A stretch of DNA of 48,778 bases from an uncultured Gammaproteobacteria bacterium (GTDB lineage: Bacteria > Patescibacteriota > Patescibacteriia > CAIXNZ01), in the NCBI GenBank assembly GCA_964531215.1, contig CAZHFK010000001.1, positions 1 to 48,778 of the forward strand, in the 5' to 3' direction. The notes beneath the pieces were generated by a model. That model made no database searches and was not told where the DNA came from. It saw only the letters and a program-made list of their open reading frames with translations. The position numbers and the translations under genes were made by a program. Of the stretch, positions 42,127 to 48,778 are shown one piece after another; within the stretch, counting starts at the first letter, position 1, and each line of letters opens with the position of its first letter.

Positions 42127-42543
42127 AATGAAAATTATTACTGACTAGTCAATTTAGTTCGGCTAAAGAGTCTGTGAATTTAGAGCAACAGATTTCTTTT
42201 TGTTTTACTTTAAAAATAATAAATTAAAGGGTGGCTCACCTAGGCTATAATAATTGTTTGTGATTTGAATATTGTTATTTCCGCCTATGGCGGAGGTTAT
42301 TATATCCGGGGTGGGTCATCCACAAACCGCTTTAAGCGGTTTACGCCTTGATTTTATCAAGGTGAGCTAATTAACCCTCTCTGGTTAATTTTTACTAGGT
42401 TAAATAAGAGCTAAGTGCCTAAACTTTAATTAAAGTAAAAAGGTCGGCGCCTTTGGGGCGACTTTATTAAGTGTTTAGGAGCGGTTAATTCACTTGGTTA
42501 CTTATCTAGCAGGTTAAGCAGAGAGTTTAAGAAAGGAATATTT
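42127..42543 (+). other. ~415-nt hairpin-rich 5' leader or unassigned ncRNA
   Basis: It holds multiple hairpins: 42280-42294, 42324-42342, 42346-42362 and 42371-42388. There are two long-range pairings, GCTCACC 42234-42240 with GGTGAGC 42361-42367, and GCCTAAAC 42417-42424 with GTTTAGG 42473-42479. Confidence 0.45.
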
Positions 42544-45500
42544 ATGAGAAAATTATTTACTTCAGTCGTAGTAGTGTTAACCATTACATGGGCTGTTGGT
42601 TTGGCTGCTTTTGTGCCGACTGCGCAAGCTGTTAGCTTGTCATCCGGCGATTTAATCAAAGGCTCTTTACCGGCAGTATATTACTACGGTGCTGATGCAA
42701 AAAGATATGTTTTCCCAGACGTGAAAACATACGAAACTTGGTATGGTAGTGATTTTTCTGCAGTAAAAACAATTACTGATACAGAATTAGCTACTATTCC
42801 TATCGGAGGCAATGTTACTTATCGCCCCGGTGAAAGTATGGTCAAAATCCAGTCAGATCCAAAAGTTTATGCTGTTTCACAAAACGGCACTTTGCACTGG
42901 GTTTCTACCGAATCAGTGGCTTCTTGCCTTTACGGTTCAGACTGGTCAACTAAGGTCAACGATGTCTCTGATGCTTTCTTTGTCAATTACACAATTGGCT
43001 CAGAAATCACAGACTGCGCTGATTATGATCCGGATGCGGCCAAAGCCGATTCATCAACCATTAATGTTGATAAAGGTTTAGCTGAAGACGCTGCCGGTGA
43101 TATTACTGCTTCTTTGGCAGCTGATAATCCGGCTGGCGCGACTTTGCCTTTAAATGCTACCAATGTTGAAGTTTTAAAATTCAACTTATCCGGCACAGGC
43201 ACTGTTAACAGTTTGACTTTTGTCAGTGAAGGTGTTGGTAACGCTGCCGATGTAGCTGGTGCTTATCTTTATGAAGGCGCTAAAAGATTGACTTCTGGTA
43301 AAAGCTTAAATTCTACTACCAAAGAAACAACTTTTAACACCAGCATGTCTTTATCCGGCACCAGAACTTTAAGCTTGGTTATTGATGTTGCTGCTCCTGG
43401 TACTGCTACTCCCGGTGATGAACACGCTTTCAAATTATTATCAATTAATGGCGAAGCTCTTGGCGGAGTCATGGGTAATACTTTTGATATTGGCGCTCAA
43501 GCAGTCAGTAATGTAGCAGTTGATCCAACAACTATCCCATCTGATCCGCAAGTCGGTGCCAAAAATGCTGAAATTGCTAATTTCAAAATTACCGGCGGTA
43601 TTAATGATTCAGTTATCAATAGCATTGCTTTGACTCAATTAGGCTCAATCAATTCTGAAGATTTGACTAATTTTGTCTTGGAAAATGCCGGTACTGAAGT
43701 GGCTACAGCTGATGCGATTTCAGACGGTGATAGAATTGTCTTAGTCTTTAATACGCCGTTTAGCTTATTATCAGGCGCTGTGAAAAATTTCACTTTATAC
43801 GCTGATGTGGCTGGCCGCCCCGGCAGAACAATCCAGACTTACATTGACGAAGATACTGATGTTAATGTCATTGACAGCTTGTATGGTTTTGGCGCTACTG
43901 TGACCAATAACTTTACTGCTGCTTCAAATATGAGTGTAACCACTCAAGGTGGTGAAATTACAGTATCTTTTAACGGTCCGATTACCGGTGATATTTCTAA
44001 AGGCGCCAGAGATGTGGTTTTATTTGAATTTGCTATGACAGCTGCTTCTCCGGTTGATGTTAGAAATACTTATGTTCAATTAGACTGTGTCAATGCTACT
44101 TGTGATTTGGGTGATGGTACCAATCCATACTTTTCTGATTTGAAATTAATTGATGCTGATAGCTCACAAGTCTTAGCTGGTCCGGTTTCTGTACCGGCTA
44201 CTAATGCTGGTGGAGCTGATCTTAGTGGTGTTTTAACCATGGTAGATGATTGGATGTTAGATGAAGGTACAAGAAATCTAGCTATTACTGCTGATTTATC
44301 TAATTCTGCTACCGCTGGTTTTGTTGGCGAACCATATCAGATTACTTTAGGTAATGCTACTCAAATCTTTACCGGTGCTGATATTAAATATCAAGGCTCC
44401 AATGATTATGTAGCTACCGGTGATATTGTGCCCAACACGCCAATTGTTGGTAATAATCAAACAGTCAGAGCATCTTCTTTAGAAGTTAATCTTTCCAATT
44501 ACATTTCTGACAATACTCATGTCAAAGGTGTAACTGATGCTGCTTCTGCCGCTTTTGTTTTAACTGCCGGTTCTGATTCTGATATTAAAGTCAGAAGATT
44601 CAGAGTTAATCCGCAAGCTGATGATGATCAAAATGGTGATTATCTTGATATGTTAGCTAATAATGATGTTGTTTCAGCTAAATTATGGCAGGTAACCGAT
44701 GCCGGCTGGTCAGAATTAGCCGGTCCAAAATCAATTCAAACTACTGTAGAACCGCCTGCTACGCCTAATGCCGGTGATGAATTAATTACTTTTGAGAATT
44801 TTGACATTACTATTCCGGCTGGTGATTCAGCAGTCTTGGTGGTCAGCTTTGATGCGACTACTGCTGCTTTAGGTAGTACTAATCCTGATAATATCGCTTT
44901 TACTATTCAGGACGCTACTTATATTGAAGCTTATGATGAAGATGATAATCAGGTAACTGCTACTACTGATAGCGGAACAGCTATTGATGTCGCCCCAATA
45001 AATGCTCCTGATGGCGGATTTGGGGAAACAGCATCTACTTTACAGACGGTTGGTAGTTTTGGCTTATCTTCCGATCAAGTTGCTACTGATTACCAGGCTA
45101 GATTAGTTCAAATGGGTTCTACCGGCCAAAAAGCTTTAAGAGTTTTGGGCGAAGCTGCTAATGAAGACTTTAAAGTAACTGATGCTCAAATTACAGTTGG
45201 CGGCGCAAATGCTAATGCAGTGGCTGTGTCAGTTTCTTACCCAACCGATAAAGATCAAACCACTTATGAAACCAAATCAAGTGTCTTGGTTGGCGGTGTG
45301 GCTTCTTTCACTAATATGAACTGGTATGTGCCGGCTGATGTTGATAGTTATTTATCAGCTATGGTTAATGTCCAGACTAATGCGCAAGGCGCTTTATCAG
45401 GCAATAGCCCATTCAATTTGACTTTAGAAAGTGAAAATGATGATTTGGATCCGTCAGTTAATGATTTCACCAAAGCCTTAGGTCTGTCTTCCGGCAGTTT

Positions 45501-46128
45501 TGCGACTACTAATACTGCCGCAGATGCCGATAGTACTGGTAATAATTTATTTGCCAGAAAAACTATCTTGACCTTTGACTTAAATGCTGCTTCACCGGAA
45601 AGAGTCAATGCTGTCCCGGGCTTGGATGATTATTTAATCTTTGATGTTTCTAATACTGAAGGAAACAAATCCGTAATTAATCATCTTACATTTAAACTAA
45701 CAGCTACTGATAATGTTCCTACGACTTGGGTGTCCGGTATAGAAAATACTCTTGAAATTTATGATATGGATGATTTGTCAACTAATTTAATTGATGGTGG
45801 TACAATAATTACCACTAATCCTAGTCCGGCCGATGCAGGTGCTACAGAAATCGTAGTTGAATTAGATCAACATAGTAGTGGTTCTAGTCCAATGGTTATT
45901 CCAGCCGGTGAAACCAAGACTTTCCAAGTCAAACTTGATACTACCGGTGCTTCTTCTGTACAGGATGATTCAGTCAGACTTGATATAATTTCAAACGATA
46001 CAGCCGGCGCTGCTGGTTGTACCGGAGGACTTAACTGTCTTGAATGGACTGATGGTTCTGCCTCTAACATTCAAAATGGTTACAAAGTAGAAAACTTACC
46101 GGTTAATGGTCTTGGTACATCATTCTAA
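42544..46128 (+). CDS. Large secreted surface (S-layer-like) protein, 1194 aa
   Basis: Signal peptide ending AQA, an N-terminal module shared with ORF 1968-3140, then many T/S/N/A/G-rich beta-type segments. A strong terminator follows. Confidence 0.8.
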   Translation: MRKLFTSVVVVLTITWAVGLAAFVPTAQAVSLSSGDLIKGSLPAVYYYGADAKRYVFPDVKTYETWYGSDFSAVKTITDTELATIPIGGNVTYRPGESMVKIQSDPKVYAVSQNGTLHWVSTESVASCLYGSDWSTKVNDVSDAFFVNYTIGSEITDCADYDPDAAKADSSTINVDKGLAEDAAGDITASLAADNPAGATLPLNATNVEVLKFNLSGTGTVNSLTFVSEGVGNAADVAGAYLYEGAKRLTSGKSLNSTTKETTFNTSMSLSGTRTLSLVIDVAAPGTATPGDEHAFKLLSINGEALGGVMGNTFDIGAQAVSNVAVDPTTIPSDPQVGAKNAEIANFKITGGINDSVINSIALTQLGSINSEDLTNFVLENAGTEVATADAISDGDRIVLVFNTPFSLLSGAVKNFTLYADVAGRPGRTIQTYIDEDTDVNVIDSLYGFGATVTNNFTAASNMSVTTQGGEITVSFNGPITGDISKGARDVVLFEFAMTAASPVDVRNTYVQLDCVNATCDLGDGTNPYFSDLKLIDADSSQVLAGPVSVPATNAGGADLSGVLTMVDDWMLDEGTRNLAITADLSNSATAGFVGEPYQITLGNATQIFTGADIKYQGSNDYVATGDIVPNTPIVGNNQTVRASSLEVNLSNYISDNTHVKGVTDAASAAFVLTAGSDSDIKVRRFRVNPQADDDQNGDYLDMLANNDVVSAKLWQVTDAGWSELAGPKSIQTTVEPPATPNAGDELITFENFDITIPAGDSAVLVVSFDATTAALGSTNPDNIAFTIQDATYIEAYDEDDNQVTATTDSGTAIDVAPINAPDGGFGETASTLQTVGSFGLSSDQVATDYQARLVQMGSTGQKALRVLGEAANEDFKVTDAQITVGGANANAVAVSVSYPTDKDQTTYETKSSVLVGGVASFTNMNWYVPADVDSYLSAMVNVQTNAQGALSGNSPFNLTLESENDDLDPSVNDFTKALGLSSGSFATTNTAADADSTGNNLFARKTILTFDLNAASPERVNAVPGLDDYLIFDVSNTEGNKSVINHLTFKLTATDNVPTTWVSGIENTLEIYDMDDLSTNLIDGGTIITTNPSPADAGATEIVVELDQHSSGSSPMVIPAGETKTFQVKLDTTGASSVQDDSVRLDIISNDTAGAAGCTGGLNCLEWTDGSASNIQNGYKVENLPVNGLGTSF

Positions 46129-46172
46129 ATGAATTTTGTACGCAAGGTTTTCTGACTTTGCGCCATTCTCAT

Positions 46173-46207
46173 AACCCGGCCCCTTTTAAGGGGTCGGGTT
46201 TGTTTTT
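46173..46207 (+). terminator. Rho-independent terminator
   Basis: Hairpin AACCCGGCCCCTT-TT-AAGGGGTCGGGTT followed by TGTTTTT. Confidence 0.8.
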
Positions 46208-47026
46208 GGGGAGAAATTATAGATTTGTAGTGGCAGACTTTTCTTTTTTTTGTCGCAGGACTTGGTTCTGCCTCCAGACCCCAAGGCGGGGAAATAAGCA
46301 ATTAAAAGCAACAAAAATAATAAAAAATAGCAGACATAACTGCGTATTTACATTCACCGGGTAGGTAAAGATTATTTAGGCTGGAGCAGAGGCTCCGGCC
46401 TACCCAGGATTTAAACCAAAATAGCCAAAAATTAAAGTTAATTTTTGTTGGATAAATAAGGCTCTTCTTTTTTTGTAACCCAAAAAAGAAGCAAAAAAAG
46501 TTCTGGGGTGGCAGATTCGCTTTAACATTGTGTCATGAAAAGCAGTGCTGTTTATGGGCTCAGCTGCCACCCCAGACCCCAAGGTGGGGAATAAGCAATT
46601 AAAAGCGACAAACATAATAAGAAATAGCAGGCATAACTGCGTATTTATATTCACCGGGTAGGTAAAGATTATTTAGGCTGGAGCAGTGGCTCCGGTATCC
46701 CCGGGATTTAAAAGCATTAATTTAAAACCAAAATAGCCAAAAATTAAAGTTAATTTTTGTTGGATAAATAAGGCTCTTCTTTTTTTGTAACCCAAAAAAG
46801 AAGCAAAAAAAGTTCTGGGGTGGCAGATTCGCTTTAACATTGTGTCATGAAAAGCAGTGCTGTTTATGGGCTCAGCTGCCACCCCAGACCCCAAGGAGGG
46901 GAATAAGCAATTAAAAGCGACAAAAATAATAAGAAATAGCAGGCATAACTGCGTATTTATATTCACCGGGTAGGTAAAGCTTTCTTTGGCAGGCTCAGGA
47001 CAGGTTTATGCTTTTGGCTTTTTTTG
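46186..47026. repeat. Modular mosaic/tandem repeats (units ~297 and ~312 bp) with conserved hairpins
   Basis: The core (AGACCCCAAGGNGGGGAATAAGCAATTAAAAGCGACAAA..ATAGCAGGCATAACTGCGTATTTATATTCACCGG) is at 46276-46360, 46574-46658 and 46886-46970. A 12-bp perfect stem CTGGGGTGGCAG/CTGCCACCCCAG is at 46503-46514/46564-46575 and again at 46813-46824/46874-46885. Confidence 0.85.
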
Positions 47027-47050
47027 AATTGAGAAATTAAGAAACTTTTT

Positions 47051-47078
47051 TTGACAATTTTTAATAAATTGCTATAAT
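47051..47078 (+). promoter_or_regulatory. Sigma-70-type promoter
   Basis: TTGACA, 16 nt, TATAAT. Confidence 0.55.
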
Positions 47079-47103
47079 ATTAATATAAGTCATAAATATT
47101 TTT

Positions 47104-47349
47104 ATGCTAGATGATAAAGATATAGAAAAATTAGTGAAAGTATTTGCAACCAGAGAAGAAGTCGCAACAAAAAAAGATTTGGGAGATTTAAATCAGAAAT
47201 TTGATGTATTGCAAAATTCGGTTGATACTTATGCGAAAAAAGCCGATACCTATTTTCAGGAATTAGCAGCTTTAAGATCAAAGGTCAACCGTTTAGAAGA
47301 TTGGATAACCAAAATAGCCAAAAAAGTAGATATTGAGTTAACTGCTTGA
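47104..47349 (+). CDS. Small (81 aa) coiled-coil protein, the intact member of a 3-copy family
   Basis: It has a promoter and a terminator, and a heptad-like charged sequence. Decayed paralogs lie at 12889-13149 and 14700-14876. Confidence 0.65.
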   Translation: MLDDKDIEKLVKVFATREEVATKKDLGDLNQKFDVLQNSVDTYAKKADTYFQELAALRSKVNRLEDWITKIAKKVDIELTA

Positions 47350-47377
47350 ATTTTAATTTTTTATAAGTTAGTTATAT

Positions 47378-47405
47378 AAAGAAGCCAATTAGGCTTCTTT
47401 TTTGT
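47378..47405 (+). terminator. Rho-independent terminator
   Basis: Hairpin AAAGAAGCC-AATT-AGGCTTCTTT followed by TTT. Confidence 0.75.
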
Positions 47406-47427
47406 AAAGTTAGAATATTATTTGTTT

Positions 47428-47700
47428 AAGGGGTCGGGTTTGTTTTTGGGGAAATCATAGCTTTGTAGTGGCAGACTTTTCTTTTTTGTCGCAGGGCTTG
47501 GTTCTGCCTCCGGATCCCAAGGCGGGGAATAAGCAATTAAAAGCGACAAAAATAATAAGAAATAGCAGGCATAACTGCGTATTTATATTCACCGGTTAGC
47601 CAAAGCTTTCTTTGGCAGGCTCAGGACAGATTTATGCTTTTGGCTTGATTATTCAGGCTGGACCAGGGGCTCCGGTATCCCCGGGATTTAAAAGGATTAA
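47428..47700. repeat. Fourth copy of the mosaic repeat (A-type hairpin + core + X + partial T1 modules)
   Basis: 47428-47597 matches 46190-46366, 47604-47646 matches 46979-47026, and 47650-47700 matches 46668-46722. Confidence 0.85.
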
Positions 47701-47786
47701 TTTATTGATTTTAGCCGGTTGAATTTATCTTGATTTTAAGTTAAAATTAATAAAGAAAGACTTAATTATTAAATTATTGTATTTTT

Positions 47787-48392
47787 ATGAAAAAGTTGTC
47801 AAAACAGCAAAATTTGATTTATTTAATTGGGGGAGTAGTTATTATTCTTATTTTAGGTATTTTGGTTTATTATCAGCCAAGCGAGCCGACTGAGCCCGAT
47901 TATGAAACAGTGGAAGGCCTGCAGTATATGAAATTAACCGCCAAAGATTTACCGGAAGATAAATTCGGATTATATGAGCAAGCCATAGAAACTTTAAGAG
48001 AAAAACCGTTTGATCGGACTTCTTTATTGAATTTGGGTTATATTTATCGTAATTTGGGCGCTTATGAACAGGCGATTGCTGCTTTTTCGCAACATTTGAA
48101 TGTTGATCCTTATGATTCGGAAATTATTTTGGGTTTAGCCAGGGTCAGGACAGATCAAAAGCAGTTTAAAGAAGCCGAAAAGCATTATTATGAGATTTTG
48201 GAAGTTTTTCCTTTGTACACTTTGGCTTATAAAGAATTATTAGCTTTGTATCAGGATAAATCATTGGAACCAAATCAAGCTTTTATTGAACAAGTTAATC
48301 GTTCCTTGGAATTTGATCAGGAAAACAAAAATCAGTACCAACAACGTTTAAATGAATATTTGAGTCAATACAATCAAATCCCCAAAGATTAA
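47787..48392 (+). CDS. Membrane-anchored TPR-repeat protein
   Basis: N-terminal TM helix, then TPR-like repeats (LLNLGYIYRNLGAYEQAIAAFSQHLNVDP...). Confidence 0.7.
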   Translation: MKKLSKQQNLIYLIGGVVIILILGILVYYQPSEPTEPDYETVEGLQYMKLTAKDLPEDKFGLYEQAIETLREKPFDRTSLLNLGYIYRNLGAYEQAIAAFSQHLNVDPYDSEIILGLARVRTDQKQFKEAEKHYYEILEVFPLYTLAYKELLALYQDKSLEPNQAFIEQVNRSLEFDQENKNQYQQRLNEYLSQYNQIPKD

Positions 48393-48409
48393 AAAATGTT
48401 TAAATTTAA

Positions 48410-48718
48410 TCAGCCGGGCGATATTATCCGGCGCGGAGCAGGGGTTCCACGCTACCCATGGGAGGGCAGGGCCTAAACGAGGCTAAAAATAGCGTATTTG
48501 GCAGGCCGGGGTTTTATGACTTTAATATTTACACCAATAAAAAGTTTGAGGAAAAATTAAAATATATTCATGATAATCCCATTAAACACGGCTTAATCAA
48601 TGATATTTCGCAGTATAAATACTGCTCTTGGCGTAATTATGTCAGCTATAGGCGGACACGACGCTTTTGGCGGAAACAAGGTGATCATAGTGTTTTTAAA
48701 ATAGATATTTTATCTTAA
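48410..48718 (+). pseudogene. C-terminal fragment of an IS200/RayT-like (REP-associated Y1) transposase
   Basis: GFYDFNIY....F..KL.YIHDNPIKHGLI.....YKYCSW resembles the C-terminal third of that family. The N-terminal HUH/Tyr region is absent, and the frame is open only from 48410. Confidence 0.45.
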
Positions 48719-48726
48719 TTAAATTA

Positions 48727-48778
48727 TGAAAAAATTAATTTATTTTATTGTTATAATCTTAGTTTTGCTTTTATTACC
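48727..48778 (+). CDS. Start of a membrane/secreted protein, truncated by the window end
   Basis: ATG followed by KKLIYFIVIILVLLLL.., open to the window edge. Confidence 0.3.

Noticed and set aside
42127-42543. The structured interval as RNase P RNA, 6S RNA or a known riboswitch.
   Set aside because: I could not find the universal RNase P motifs (GAGGAAAGUCC, ACAGAAA), a 6S-type long bulged helix or any riboswitch core I recognise. It is left as an unassigned leader or ncRNA.
46501-46575. The B-type hairpin loop contains GTGCTGTTTA, which resembles part of SRP (4.5S) RNA.
   Set aside because: There is no GGAA/GNRA-capped domain IV with the conserved AGCA asymmetric loop. The element is also tandemly duplicated, which is not expected for SRP RNA.
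46400-46966. Minus-strand ORFs 46400-46654 and 46673-46966 (84 and 97 aa, nearly identical), and plus-strand ORF 46158-46364, as protein genes.
   Set aside because: They lie wholly inside the repeat mosaic and start at GTG without an SD. The frame is broken by a 1-nt indel in the other core copies. Their near-identity reflects recent tandem duplication rather than selection on a protein.
42544-47700. A diversity-generating retroelement, with a VR in the surface-protein 3' end and a TR in the downstream repeats.
   Set aside because: No reverse transcriptase gene is present in the window. The C-terminus of the 1194-aa protein shows no similarity to any downstream repeat. The differences between repeat copies are not adenine-specific.

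Overview
No searches or computations were run. Every call rests on reading the sequence and ORF track, motif recognition and manual alignment. The window looks like a chromosomal segment of a very AT-rich, small-genome bacterium. Its style suggests a Patescibacteria/CPR (Parcubacteria-like) organism, but that is inference only. The cues are a short GIY-YIG ORF, a 23S-IVS four-helix-bundle gene, an ECF sigma next to a DUF5667-type anti-sigma, giant Ig-like surface proteins, and SD-less or leaderless housekeeping genes. The standard genetic code applies, since TAA, TAG and TGA each end clearly complete genes. Backbone genes: a partial Gly-rich surface protein, a LytR_C protein, ppsA, lgt, pgi, tRNA-Asp, infC-rpmI-rplT, ssrA (tmRNA) plus smpB, and an AI-2E transporter. 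Also present are an HtrA-like protein and a surface-glycan cluster (Wzz-like, O-antigen-ligase-like, three GT4 glycosyltransferases, a methyltransferase). The rest of the backbone is a radical SAM/SPASM gene, an ECF sigma/anti-sigma pair followed by a 1194-aa surface protein, and a TPR protein. Three accessory regions stand out. (1) 22981-32476 is a GC-rich island of eight monocistronic genes for secreted, lipoprotein or membrane-anchored proteins, inserted between the Wzz-like and ligase-like genes. Each gene has its own TTGACA promoter, long leader, perfect AAGGAGG SD and terminator. Two are preceded by phased arrays of a palindromic 27-bp unit, several share a previously unrecognised ~110-aa module, and one copy is decaying. 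This is my main candidate for an undescribed system, possibly a variable surface-protein or host-interaction locus. (2) 11030-14900 is a tRNA-Asp-adjacent islet with a GIY-YIG gene and cassette-like ORFs whose stop codons lie in a shared TAGTTCCAACATAG motif. It also holds several pseudogenes. (3) 46186-47700 is a modular mosaic of hairpin-rich repeats around a small coiled-coil gene that has two decayed paralogs in islet (2).
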